From assembly GCA_046290225.1 (NCBI GenBank), contig JBKAGE010000074.1, positions 1 to 64,000 on the forward strand: a stretch of 64,000 nt of DNA, in the 5' to 3' direction. The stretch is from Bradymonadia bacterium (GTDB lineage: Bacteria > Myxococcota_A > Bradymonadia > UBA7976 > UBA1532). The position numbers and the translations under genes are program-made. Positions within the stretch are counted from its first letter, which is position 1. Every line of letters begins with the position of its first letter. Below are positions 9,742 through 19,505 of the stretch, piece by piece. The notes below the pieces were generated by a model, which was not told where the DNA came from, ran no database searches, and worked only from the letters and a program-made list of their open reading frames with translations.

Positions 9742-10926
9742 TCAGCGGGTCTCGAATGCCGTCTCGATCGTGATGCCGCCTTCCCAGCGGGGCCTCAGGC
9801 CTCCTGGGATGTCGTCCTCAGGGCCCGGGGACGTTCGCCATGCTCGGGCGAGGTGTCCCGCCACCCAGAGCCCCGGCATGATGGCGTATCGAGCGCCGAG
9901 GGCGCCGAGAGACTCCGAAGGGCCCGGCCCCGCGCGGTGATCGACATACGCAGAGACGTCAAGGCGCTCGGTGCTCACCCGCAACCAGGCTGTGGCATCG
10001 GCCTGATCTGGCCCCTCGGCGTTGGCATATTGCACCCCTACGGCGAGGCGGCCGTCATAGTCGATCTCCACTCGGCCACGGCCGCCAGAGGCTGCGCCGT
10101 CACGGACGCCGAGGCGACTGCGTCCAGGGGTTCGGGCGTCGATGAGATAGCCTGTGTCGAACAGAGACCATGTGTAGTCTTTGCTGAGGTACATGTATTC
10201 ACCGAGGAGGGTGAGGGCCCATTTGCGCCTGGCCTTCCATCGGCCCTTCAGCCCTGTGTGCAGCCCGGCGCCGGCGTCGTCAATGCCATTGCCTTCCACG
10301 TACAGATCGAGGTTCAGCGCCCGTGTGCGCTGCAGGTGAAACGTGAGATCGGCGCCATACCCCGCGAAGAAGCCATCATCCGCCGGCCCGCCCGGGCTGC
10401 GGGGGACCCTGACGCCGGTGTCGGCGACAAAACTGATGCCAAAGGTGCTCCATTTACCCCACGTGGTGGAGGCGCGGCCTCCAGCCACGGGGGCCGCCAG
10501 GACCTGGTCGATGAACACCTGGGCGCTGCCTCGGCGGCCACCGAGGCTCAGGGCGAGCCCTACCCGAGGGTGATCGTCCACAGTGTTGTTGTGGTAGCGG
10601 TCCACGAGGGTGCCGTGACCGAGGGTGAGGGCGGTGAGGCCACCGGCCCGCAAGTCATAATGTGTGTCGCCGAGATCCCCGGTGAGGGTGAAGAAGCGCA
10701 GCACTCGCCCTGCGTCGGTGGCTTCGTCCCAGTCCTGAGATCTCAGATCTCCAGAGTCGAACTCGAGGCGCAGCGGCGCCTGTACCGCGAGGCCCCAGCT
10801 GCGATCGCCTACGCCGATCCACGGCTGGAACAGCCCCACCGCTTCACCATCCACCGCGCCTGCCCCGGCGCCGGCCCCTATGGACCAGCCGGTCAACAAC
10901 CCGGCGATGATGAAACTGGCGCTCAT
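9742..10926 (-). CDS. Hypothetical exported protein, probably outer-membrane beta-barrel
   Basis: Signal-like N-terminus and alternating amphipathic strands; start overlaps the VWA gene stop (ATGA). Confidence 0.65.
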   Translation of the reverse strand: MSASFIIAGLLTGWSIGAGAGAGAVDGEAVGLFQPWIGVGDRSWGLAVQAPLRLEFDSGDLRSQDWDEATDAGRVLRFFTLTGDLGDTHYDLRAGGLTALTLGHGTLVDRYHNNTVDDHPRVGLALSLGGRRGSAQVFIDQVLAAPVAGGRASTTWGKWSTFGISFVADTGVRVPRSPGGPADDGFFAGYGADLTFHLQRTRALNLDLYVEGNGIDDAGAGLHTGLKGRWKARRKWALTLLGEYMYLSKDYTWSLFDTGYLIDARTPGRSRLGVRDGAASGGRGRVEIDYDGRLAVGVQYANAEGPDQADATAWLRVSTERLDVSAYVDHRAGPGPSESLGALGARYAIMPGLWVAGHLARAWRTSPGPEDDIPGGLRPRWEGGITIETAFETR

Positions 10927-12521
10927 GGGATCAGCTTGTGGGCAATGTCGACGGCGGCGTCAGCGGTGAGCTCGCTCACGAGGGAGACCTCGTCGCAGAA
11001 TTGCTCGAGGGTGCTCAAGGCGCTGGCCAGCGCCTGCTTCGGGCCAGTGTCGACCAATACACCCCAGACGCGAAAAGCGAGCCGCTTCTTCTCTGCGTGA
11101 AAGCGTTCGAGAAATTCTGCCCCCACCTGGGCCTCACCGTCGGTGATGAACACGATGTCGCCCCGTCGGTACCTGCTGTCGCCGAGGGCTTCGAGGGCCG
11201 CCGTGAGCGGCGTCTGAAAGTCGGTGCCGCCGCCGGGGAAGTGCTCGGCGAAGTCGACCACTGCGTCTGCGTGCACCGGGCGGCGCCCGTCGGCGCCAGG
11301 GCGAGCGCCGAGCAGATCGCGAATGTGGAGGGGCGTTGGCGGAGCGCAGAAGCCGATGGTGCGCAGTGGGCGTCGCTGTCGCCGGGCGGTCTCGAGCAGG
11401 AACAAGCCCACCGCCTTGGCCCACAGCTCCTTGGCACCGCGCATGCTCCCGCTGAGGTCGACGCACGTGATCACGGGGCCCCGGCCGCGATCATCGTCAC
11501 CCTTGAGATCGTATTGCAGCAGCTGCCGCTCCACGAAGCGCCGCTGCACGTCGAGACGCAGGGTGGGGTGGCTCAGGGCCGAGAGCTCACTCGCCAGCAG
11601 GCGATCTGCATCGGCGCCCCGAGTGACGTCGTGCACCTCTTCGCTGCGTTGGGGGATCTTGCGCTTGCGCTGTACTCTGGCGGCCTTGCGAAATGCCCCC
11701 ACGAGGGCGGCGAGCTTGCGCAGGCGATCTGAGCGCATGAGCTGCTCGCCGAGGGCGAGGCGCTGGGCTGCGTTCATGGGGGCGCCACCGCCGAGGGCGC
11801 TGTTGAAGTTGTCGACGTCGGCGTCGAGCTCCATCAACCGCTGGGGCAGGTTGCCCAGGGCGCCGGTGAGCTGGCCCATCATCTGTTTGGGTAGCTCGCG
11901 GGCCATCTGCTCGGCCCGCTGCCGGCCCCTCTGCACCCGATCGGCGAGATCGCCGGCCTCTTCATCCAGGGCCTCTCGCAGCGGGCCCACCACCTCGTCG
12001 TCGAGGGGCCGCCCCGTCTCGGCCTCTTCGGTGAGGTCGTCGAGGGTCTCCTGCAGGTCGCCCATCTCGTCGAGATCAGCCTCCGCTTGCTCGATGCGGT
12101 GGGCGTCCAAGCTCTCGTCTCGCAGCAGGAAGTCACCTGATTTGAGCATGGAGAGCAGCTGCCGGCCCACGTGCGCTGTGGCTGTGGCGGCAGCCTCTTC
12201 GTCCATGAGGGTGACGCGACGGGCCTCGACGAAGCCGCGAGAGCCGGTGATGTCGCCGAGGATGCGACGGCTCACGAGGGCCTTCGGGGGCAACGACTTG
12301 CTGGGGATCAGCCTGACGTTGCCTTTGTAGAAAGCGTAGAACAGGTCCTGCAGCAGGGTGGGGAACCCCGGCAGGCGAGCGTGACCGGACTGCCCGAGCT
12401 GTTCGAGGGCGCTCTCGGGGCCGCCGATGCGGCGCCAGGCCTCGGCGTCGAGCTGATCGAACTCGAGGCAATGGGCCTCTGGGCGGGGATCACCCCGCTG
12501 GTCGTGAGGACCCCCGGTCAT
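10923..12521 (-). CDS. VWA-domain protein (ViaA-like)
   Basis: MIDAS motif DLSGSM, GGGTDF, DIVFITDG; in the same operon as a RavA-like ATPase. Confidence 0.85.
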   Translation of the reverse strand: MTGGPHDQRGDPRPEAHCLEFDQLDAEAWRRIGGPESALEQLGQSGHARLPGFPTLLQDLFYAFYKGNVRLIPSKSLPPKALVSRRILGDITGSRGFVEARRVTLMDEEAAATATAHVGRQLLSMLKSGDFLLRDESLDAHRIEQAEADLDEMGDLQETLDDLTEEAETGRPLDDEVVGPLREALDEEAGDLADRVQRGRQRAEQMARELPKQMMGQLTGALGNLPQRLMELDADVDNFNSALGGGAPMNAAQRLALGEQLMRSDRLRKLAALVGAFRKAARVQRKRKIPQRSEEVHDVTRGADADRLLASELSALSHPTLRLDVQRRFVERQLLQYDLKGDDDRGRGPVITCVDLSGSMRGAKELWAKAVGLFLLETARRQRRPLRTIGFCAPPTPLHIRDLLGARPGADGRRPVHADAVVDFAEHFPGGGTDFQTPLTAALEALGDSRYRRGDIVFITDGEAQVGAEFLERFHAEKKRLAFRVWGVLVDTGPKQALASALSTLEQFCDEVSLVSELTADAAVDIAHKLIP

Positions 12522-12525
12522 AATT

Positions 12526-13320
12526 TTAGAATCGCCCCCCCACGTAGAGGGCGAACTGAGTGCCCAGCGCGTCGACGAAGGTGTCTGGGTTCTGCCGCAG
12601 CCGAACCTCGAGGCCAGCCTGAATGCGGCCCTTGTCGAAGCCACCGTTGAGGGCGAGCCAGTTGAGGGAGTCGGCCTCTTCGTCGATCTGGTCGAAGACC
12701 CCGTAGCTCACCCCCAGACGCCCGTCACCTGCCACCTTCAGCTGCAGCTTGGGCGAGAGGAACAGGTGGGAGGTGTTCTCCTCGGCGCCAAGGGTCTGGT
12801 ACAGCGTGGTGCGCACGCTGAATTCGAGCCAGTAGGCGAGATCGATGGCGATGTCGATCCGGGGCGCCGCGGTGAACACCTCCTGGCTCCACATGGGAGA
12901 CTCTTCGGGGCGCACCAGGACCGCCGTGTTGATGAGGGCGCGCTGCTCGGCCTTGTCGGACTCGGGCAGCGTGGGCAGGTAGAGCTTGAGCCGGGTGTCG
13001 ATGCGCACCTGCCTGCTGAGCCTGCTGGTGCGGCCCAGCTCCACCACGAGGTTGCCTGAGCTGAAGGCGTCCTCGCTCTGGCTTTCTGCCCGCTCGTCAT
13101 CGGAGACAGAGTAGAACCCGAAGGGCACCTCGGCGAAGAGGGTGAAATCTCTGAAGTCGTACCCCGCCCTGAGCAGCATCACCGTGGCGGAGCTGCCCTG
13201 GGTGTTGCTCTGCTGGCTGCGGGCGGTGGAGTGATCGATGCGCACGCCCACCTGGGCTTGCCCCGAGGCGAGGGTGGGCCAGATCAGCGCGGCGACAAGC
13301 GCGGCGAGGGGATACTTCAC
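12526..13320 (-). CDS. Hypothetical exported beta-barrel-like protein
   Basis: GTG start, signal peptide (..LIWPTLASG), C-terminal YVGGRF typical of outer-membrane proteins. Confidence 0.65.
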   Translation of the reverse strand: MKYPLAALVAALIWPTLASGQAQVGVRIDHSTARSQQSNTQGSSATVMLLRAGYDFRDFTLFAEVPFGFYSVSDDERAESQSEDAFSSGNLVVELGRTSRLSRQVRIDTRLKLYLPTLPESDKAEQRALINTAVLVRPEESPMWSQEVFTAAPRIDIAIDLAYWLEFSVRTTLYQTLGAEENTSHLFLSPKLQLKVAGDGRLGVSYGVFDQIDEEADSLNWLALNGGFDKGRIQAGLEVRLRQNPDTFVDALGTQFALYVGGRF

Positions 13321-13346
13321 TGCGAAGTCCTTTACGGAACAGCACT

Positions 13347-14504
13347 TCACTGCAGGGGCTCCTTCAGGTGGGCACGGGCGACCACGTCTCTGAGCCGCAC
13401 GATCTCGTCGACGGCCTGTTTGATGGCGTAAGGATCACGACCGCGGCGTCGCGCCCGATCGGCGATCTCCGAGGCGGCCCGGGCCAGGGCCTTGAGCTTG
13501 GTGAGGGCCTCCAGGGCCGCCCGGGCCCGAGCGTCGTCGTCATCATAGCGCTCGGGGTAGGTGTGGATCTCCCTGGCCTGGGCCACGAGGCGCCGCAGCT
13601 CGGAGAGCTCGCCGTCGATGATCTGGTCGAGGGCGGCCTTGACTTCGTCGCGCTCGTCGGGGCTCGACCACAGGGTATGGCGCAAGACCCGCAGATCTGT
13701 GCTGCTCACCTGAGGCCGGCCCTGCAACCACGCCTGAGCGCGCATGAGGCCGAGGCACTGGCGCCACCGCCGATCGCTCACGGTGATGCCTCGCTCTTTG
13801 AGACCGGCTCTCAAGGCCACGACGTCGTAGAGTACGTCCTGGGGCACGTCGAGGGTCTGAGCGTCGGCCTGGGCCTGATGGATCTCGTCGAGGGTGAGGG
13901 CCGGAGGATCATCGGCCTGGCCGTCGAGGCCCAGCAGCTTCAGGAACCTGAAGTCTTCTTCGACGTAGTCGACGACGAGGCGCACGAGGAACCGATCGTA
14001 CAGCGCGAGCAGATCATCATCCTCGGGCAATTCGTTGGCGGCGCCGAAGAGGGTGAGCAGAGGGACAGGCTGCGCTTCGAGGCCGTTGTGGAACTTCCGC
14101 TCGTTGAGCACGGTCAAAAGGGTGTTCAGGATGGCGGAGCTGGCCTTGAAGACCTCGTCGAGAAACACCACGTGCGACTCGGGCAGCTTGCCGGCGGTGA
14201 GCCGCTGGTACCGATCGATCTCGAGGCTCTTGAGGCTCACGGGGCCGAAGAGCTCCTCGGGGGTGGTGAAGCGCGTGAGCAGCCACTGGAACCGCTGGGC
14301 CCCCTCGATGGCGTCGCACAGGCCCGCGGCGAGCTGGCTCTTGGCGGTGCCCGGCGGCCCGACGAGGAGCACGTGCTGCCCGGCGACGAGGGCGCAGAGG
14401 GCGGCGTCGACGGTGTCGTCACGCTCGATGAAGCGCCCCTTGAGCCACTGGCCCAGGGCGTTGAAGCGCGTGGAGAGATCGCTTGCTGGTGCGTCGGCGG
14501 TCAT
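13347..14504 (-). CDS. MoxR-family AAA+ ATPase, RavA-like
   Basis: GPPGTAKS Walker A, LTRFTTPEELFGP, FLDEVFKASSAILNTLL, ALYDRF, SDRRW. Confidence 0.9.
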   Translation of the reverse strand: MTADAPASDLSTRFNALGQWLKGRFIERDDTVDAALCALVAGQHVLLVGPPGTAKSQLAAGLCDAIEGAQRFQWLLTRFTTPEELFGPVSLKSLEIDRYQRLTAGKLPESHVVFLDEVFKASSAILNTLLTVLNERKFHNGLEAQPVPLLTLFGAANELPEDDDLLALYDRFLVRLVVDYVEEDFRFLKLLGLDGQADDPPALTLDEIHQAQADAQTLDVPQDVLYDVVALRAGLKERGITVSDRRWRQCLGLMRAQAWLQGRPQVSSTDLRVLRHTLWSSPDERDEVKAALDQIIDGELSELRRLVAQAREIHTYPERYDDDDARARAALEALTKLKALARAASEIADRARRRGRDPYAIKQAVDEIVRLRDVVARAHLKEPLQ

Positions 14505-14650
14505 CGATGTCGTCACCCTGATTGACGCCGATCGCCCGCTCGAAGAGCGACCGGCCACGACGGGCCACAGGTTGCCTTTGAACGTCGAGAGCAGCAAGCT
14601 TCACGGACCCTATCTTTTGGGGCCCTGCTCGTCGGGGCAGAGGAGAGCGC

Positions 14651-15805
14651 ATGGAACTGTTGGCGGTGATCGCCGGCCTCACGGCCCTGGTGGTGATCCA
14701 CGAGCTGGGTCACTTCCTCGTGGCCCGGGCCTGCGGCATGCGGGTGGTCCGCTTCTCCATCGGCTTCGGGCCGGCGGTGATGACGTATCAAGGCCGCGAG
14801 ACGCTTTACAAAATCGGCCTGTTGCCCGTAGGCGGCTACGTAGAGGTGGCAGGCCTCGGCCGCTTGAGAGACGAGGATGGCGTCGGTGACGAGGCGCAAG
14901 ATGCCCCAGACGCCTACTATGGCCGCCCACTCTGGCAACGTGCGCTCTTCGTCTTCGCAGGCCCGTTGGCCAACTACGCCACGGCGGTGCTGCTCTTCGC
15001 CTACCTGTTCGCCAGCGGGAACTTCGTGCATCTGCACGGCAAGGCCACCCTCACGGTCCGCCAGCCCACAGGTGCCGCCGCTGCCGCGGGCATTCAGCCC
15101 GGCGACACGCTCACTCATGTGCGCATCGATGGTGAAGAGGCCGTCCACCCACTCGGCGATCTCAAGGCCTTGCAGAAGCGGACCGGCGAGGCGGCGGGTC
15201 GAAAGATGATCTTCACTGTGGCCCGCCCTCCAGCAGGCCACGAGTACAACTGGGCCCCCTCAGGTGTCTTCGGCGCCAAGACGGAGGGGTTGTCCGTGCT
15301 CGCACCAGCACTCGAGCCGAGCTGGCCACGCCTTCAGATCGAGGTGACGCCAGAGAAAGTGAAGCGCGGGTGGGCCATCGGCATTCGCCCGGAGCCCGTG
15401 AAGATCCAGGCAGATGGCATCGGCCAGTCCCTCATCGTGGGTACCGAAGAGGTCTGGTACAACACTACGTTCCTGGTGGGGGCCATCTGGGAAATGATCA
15501 TCGGTGAGCGTGAAGAAGACATGGGCAGCGTGGTGAAGCTGGCCAAGGTGGGCGTAGATCAGATCAGGCTCGGGGTCGCGGACTGGTTCGTGCGTTTCCT
15601 TGCGCTGATCAGCGTGATGCTGGCGGTCTTCAACATGCTGCCCTTGCCGGCTCTGGATGGTGGTCGATTGAGCTTCATCGCCGTCGAGGCTGTCGCACGG
15701 CGCCCGGTACCCCGAAGGATCGAGATCATCATCAACGGGGTGGGCATGTTGCTGCTGATCGGGCTCACCATCTTCTTGATGATCCGCGACATTGTGGAAG
15801 GCTGA
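14651..15805 (+). CDS. rseP: M50 site-2 intramembrane metalloprotease
   Basis: HELGH, FSIGFG, AGPLAN and NMLPLPALDGG motifs. Confidence 0.88.
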   Translation: MELLAVIAGLTALVVIHELGHFLVARACGMRVVRFSIGFGPAVMTYQGRETLYKIGLLPVGGYVEVAGLGRLRDEDGVGDEAQDAPDAYYGRPLWQRALFVFAGPLANYATAVLLFAYLFASGNFVHLHGKATLTVRQPTGAAAAAGIQPGDTLTHVRIDGEEAVHPLGDLKALQKRTGEAAGRKMIFTVARPPAGHEYNWAPSGVFGAKTEGLSVLAPALEPSWPRLQIEVTPEKVKRGWAIGIRPEPVKIQADGIGQSLIVGTEEVWYNTTFLVGAIWEMIIGEREEDMGSVVKLAKVGVDQIRLGVADWFVRFLALISVMLAVFNMLPLPALDGGRLSFIAVEAVARRPVPRRIEIIINGVGMLLLIGLTIFLMIRDIVEG

Positions 15806-15809
15806 AATG

Positions 15810-17246
15810 CTACTGATCCACCAGGGCGTCGTACACCCAACGGCGTATGGGGATGCTGTAGCGGTTGGGTGCTTCGCGTTGGAGCATCAAGATGGTGATC
15901 ACGTCGTTGGTGGGGTCCACCCAGAACTGCGTGCTCAAGAAACCCCCCCACGACACAGTGCCTGATCCCTCACGACGCCGGCCTCGGTCCTCCAAGACAA
16001 CCTGAACGCCGAGCCCGAAGCCCGTGCCGTTGCTCACCAGCACCGAGGTGAACTGATCTTCGCGCATCTCTTCGGTGACGTGGTTCACCCGCATCTCGGC
16101 GATGGAGGCTGCCTCTACGACGCGCACGCCGTCCAGCTGCCCTTCGTTGGCGAGCATCATGCAAAAGCGCAGATAGTCTCGAGTTGTCGAGGTCAGCCCC
16201 CCACCTGCAGAGAGCATGGGCTGAGGCGCTCGAAGCTCCGGTGAGCTTTCGGGGTAGGGGGCGCTGGTGCGAGCGAGGCGGTGTCCCTCGGAGACCGGCG
16301 GGTAGAACGAGGTGTCGTGCATGCCCAGCGGGTCGAGCACCCTCGCCCTCAGGATCTCGTCGAGGGTTTGCTCTGCGGCCACCTCGATGACAGCGCCGAG
16401 GATGTCGGTGGACAAGCCATAGTTCCACGAGCCCCCAGGCTCGGAGAGCAAAGGCAACTCACCAACGATACCAGCGAGCTCTCGGAGGGTGATGTCGAGC
16501 CGGAGCGGCAACGCCCCAGCTTCGATGTAGAGCTGAGACAATGGGAAGTTATCCCCACGGATGAGACCGCCATAGATGATGCCCGATGTGTGGCTCATCA
16601 ACTGTCGGACTGTCATCGTGTCCATCGCCGGGATCGTGGAGCCATCTTCTTGCAGCACCGTCATCTCGGCGAACTCGGGCAGATAGTCCGAGACCGGATC
16701 ATCGAGGTCGAGCAGGCCATCCTCCACCATGCTCATGGTGGCGACGGACACGATGGGTTTGGTCATCGAGAAGATGCGAAAGAGGCTGTCCCCCGTCAGG
16801 GAGGTGGGGTTGTCGGTGCTGTGCACCCCCAACTCTTCATAGAGGGCGATTTGCCCCTTTCGGGCGATCAGCAAGATGGCCCCGGGGATCCCACCGTCTT
16901 CGATGTCGTCGGCGAGGGCGTCGGGGCCAGCGCGCAAGGCCTCGGCATCGAACCCGAGGGTTGTCGGATCTTCCACAGCTGCGAGGTCCATGCCCTGCCA
17001 GACATCTGTAGAGCCGACTTCGCCTGCGGCGCCGCCTTCGCCGCCAGGCCCCACTTCACTACCTGTACCGCCAGCACCACCTGCTGGATCAGTGAAGCCG
17101 CCCATGCCAGCAGCACCGCCAGAGCCGCCTGCCTCGCCCGCGCTGTCGTCGTCGTCACAGGCTGGACTGAGCAGCGTGAAAATCAGGCAAGGCAACAGCC
17201 AGGGGCTTGGCCACTGTCGTGCGTGCATGGACGTCTCCCAATGCAT
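15810..17246 (-). CDS. Serine hydrolase (beta-lactamase/class C-like) lipoprotein
   Basis: Lipobox LSPAC, FSMTK (SxxK), LMSHTSG, YGLSTD, WGG. Exact start uncertain. Confidence 0.88.
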   Translation of the reverse strand: MHWETSMHARQWPSPWLLPCLIFTLLSPACDDDDSAGEAGGSGGAAGMGGFTDPAGGAGGTGSEVGPGGEGGAAGEVGSTDVWQGMDLAAVEDPTTLGFDAEALRAGPDALADDIEDGGIPGAILLIARKGQIALYEELGVHSTDNPTSLTGDSLFRIFSMTKPIVSVATMSMVEDGLLDLDDPVSDYLPEFAEMTVLQEDGSTIPAMDTMTVRQLMSHTSGIIYGGLIRGDNFPLSQLYIEAGALPLRLDITLRELAGIVGELPLLSEPGGSWNYGLSTDILGAVIEVAAEQTLDEILRARVLDPLGMHDTSFYPPVSEGHRLARTSAPYPESSPELRAPQPMLSAGGGLTSTTRDYLRFCMMLANEGQLDGVRVVEAASIAEMRVNHVTEEMREDQFTSVLVSNGTGFGLGVQVVLEDRGRRREGSGTVSWGGFLSTQFWVDPTNDVITILMLQREAPNRYSIPIRRWVYDALVDQ

Positions 17247-17333
17247 TCCGTATGAGCTGAAGGCAGAAGATTAGCGAAAAAAACACCACCCCCGAGAATA
17301 AACCTCCCTGTCGCCGGTAGAGCCAGGTGGAGG

Positions 17334-17858
17334 ATGAAGATGACCCTGTCGGAGACATTCCAGAGCGCCCTGAGAGAGGCCATGCCCCGCGCCTACGTCG
17401 CGGCCTACCGCCGCCTCGGGGATCGGGACGCCGCCCAGGACGTTTGCCAGGAGGCTGCGAGCCGGGCGCTCAGGGCACAGAGCACATACGACACGTCACG
17501 GCCTTTCTACCCCTGGTTCTACCGGATCGTGCAGAACCTCTGCCGTGACTTCGCCCGCCATCGTCGAGCCGAGGCCAGGACCCTCGATGTCGATGATCAA
17601 ACGGTTCAGGTCTCGGATCCGCGACCTGGAGTAGAAGCCAGCTTGATCCACAGCGAGCGCGAGGCGGCCCTGGTGCGGGCCATCGCCGCGCTGCCGGAAG
17701 ATCTCCGGGAGATGATCGAGCTGAGGCATTTTCAAGATTTGAGCTACCAGGAGATGGCCGAGGTGCTCGGGTGCCCCAAAGGCACGGTGATGAGCCGCCT
17801 CTATCGGGCCCGGAAAGCCCTCGGTGATCTGCTGCGAGAAGAAGGAGGCTCCCGATGA
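17334..17858 (+). CDS. ECF RNA polymerase sigma factor
   Basis: AQDVCQEA, FYPWFYRI, LSYQEMAEVLGCPKGTVMSRLYRAR. Confidence 0.92.
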   Translation: MKMTLSETFQSALREAMPRAYVAAYRRLGDRDAAQDVCQEAASRALRAQSTYDTSRPFYPWFYRIVQNLCRDFARHRRAEARTLDVDDQTVQVSDPRPGVEASLIHSEREAALVRAIAALPEDLREMIELRHFQDLSYQEMAEVLGCPKGTVMSRLYRARKALGDLLREEGGSR

Positions 17859-18271
17859 CCGAGCGCGCCCTCGAGCTGCTGATGAAAGCTGTGGATGGTC
17901 TGCTGACGGCGCCAGAGCAAGCGGAGTTCGAGGCCCTTCTGGCTGCAGAGCCAGCCCTGAAGCAAGAGTACGAAGAGATGAGCGGGGTGAAGTCTGAGAC
18001 CGACACCCTGGCGCACCGTATTCGCGCCACTGGGCCACGAGAGTCGGAGGCGGGTCGCCGCACGGTGGGCTTCGCGACGACGCTCATCGTCGCGGGCACC
18101 GCGCTGTTGGCGGGCTACGCCACCTATGAGTTCATCGCCCACCCCCATGTACCCACGGTGGTGCAGGTGGGAATCGGCGCAGTGGCCGCTGGTGTGGTGG
18201 CGCTGCTGGGCAAAGTGATTGCGGGTCGGCTCTCTGCCGGCCGGGACCCTTACGAGGAGATAGACCGATGA
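17855..18271 (+). CDS. Probable membrane anti-sigma factor
   Basis: Overlaps the sigma stop (ATGA); anti-sigma-like N-terminus (DGLL..E..FEALL) and two TM helices. Confidence 0.75.
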   Translation: MTERALELLMKAVDGLLTAPEQAEFEALLAAEPALKQEYEEMSGVKSETDTLAHRIRATGPRESEAGRRTVGFATTLIVAGTALLAGYATYEFIAHPHVPTVVQVGIGAVAAGVVALLGKVIAGRLSAGRDPYEEIDR

Positions 18272-18642
18272 GCGAGCGTGCACTGATCAAAGGCAGCGAC
18301 GGCGCGGTGACGGGTTTCAAGAGCCCAGTGCTGGTGGTGACCACTGACGAGGTGCCCGGCCAGCAGGTGACGCAAGTGCTGGGTCTGGTCCGCGGGAACT
18401 CGATCCGAGCCCGCCACGTGGGCCGGGACATCATGGCAGGGTTCAAGAACCTCTTCGGCGGCGAGATCGCCGATTACACGAAGATGCTGGCTCAGAGTCG
18501 GGAGCAGGCCTTGGATCGCATGATCGATCAGGCCAGAAGTATGGGTGCCAACGCCGTGGTGGGCGTCCGCTTCACGAGCTCTACGGTGATGCAGGGGGCA
18601 GCGGAGATGGTGGCATACGGGACAGCGGTGCAGCTGGGGTAA
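18268..18642 (+). CDS. ybjQ: UPF0145/YbjQ family protein
   Basis: LGLVRG..GRDIMAGFKNLFGGEI..Y..A.ANAVVGVRF..AYGTAV. Confidence 0.9.
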   Translation: MSERALIKGSDGAVTGFKSPVLVVTTDEVPGQQVTQVLGLVRGNSIRARHVGRDIMAGFKNLFGGEIADYTKMLAQSREQALDRMIDQARSMGANAVVGVRFTSSTVMQGAAEMVAYGTAVQLG

Positions 18643-18665
18643 CGGAGGCGGGCGTCTTGAGTTGC

Positions 18666-19440
18666 TCAGCCGTAGAGCACCGAGTGGGCGTCTTCAGCCG
18701 AGAGGATGCGCTCAAGGGCCTGGTCGAGTACGTCGATGTCGGCGGTATCGATGAAGGCCGCATGTACATCGGAGAGCGTTTGGAACTTGAGCCGCATCTG
18801 CCTTTTGAGTGTCTCCCGCCTCGCCTCGAGCCGCCCAGCGGCTTGACCTTGGGCTGCGCCCTCGACTCGGCCTGCTTCTCTGCCCTCTTCTCTGCCATCA
18901 GCTTTCGCTGCTTCGAAGGCTTCCCGATACTGCTTGGACAAAGGTTCGAAGTTCTCGATCTTGAGCATTTGGGAGAACACCTCCTGGGCGATGGAGTCGA
19001 GGTGCGCGAGCACCATGTCAGTGTAGAGATCGTAAGCATCTTCGTCGAGGGGGCGCACGACAGCAGCTGCGGCGCCTGCCAGGTCGAACGCACGAGATCC
19101 ACGGCCATGGGTGATGACTGACAAGAGCGCCAGCTCGGGCCGTACTGTGGCTGAATCGCGCGCTCACGGCATAGCCGGGCCAGCTGAAGCGCTTGCCTTC
19201 GTCAGCGCGGAGTTGCACTTCGACGATGAGCGCGAGCTGGGGCACACCGCCGTGGTTCAACACCACCACCTCGTCTGCATCATAGGCGGCGGTGGTGGCT
19301 TGTGAGAGGCTCTGTTTTCCGCCAGAAACCTCATCATATGCCGGCAAGTTCGAGGCGTCTGCCGCGGCGTAGAGATCGACGGCGAGTGAAGGTCGATCTG
19401 TGAACAGAGACACGATGAACTCGTGTAAGAGGCCAGGCAT
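18666..19440 (-). pseudogene. Rpn-like PD-(D/E)XK protein with an internal deletion and frameshift near 19157
   Basis: The N-terminal part (HEFIVSLF..ADEVV..IVEVQL..KRFSWP) and the C-terminal part (PELALLSVITHG..) are in different frames. About 47 codons present in the paralogue at 20917 are missing. Confidence 0.75.
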
Positions 19441-19505
19441 GCCTGCTCCTGTGTGATGAGTATGCCTCTACTCACACCGGAGGATTGTTCTGTATTCCGT
19501 GAAAA

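Noticed and set aside
14561..14575. Possible sigma54 -24/-12 promoter upstream of rseP (GG-N10-GC)
   Set aside because: Poor match to TGGCAC at -24; expected by chance in GC-rich DNA.
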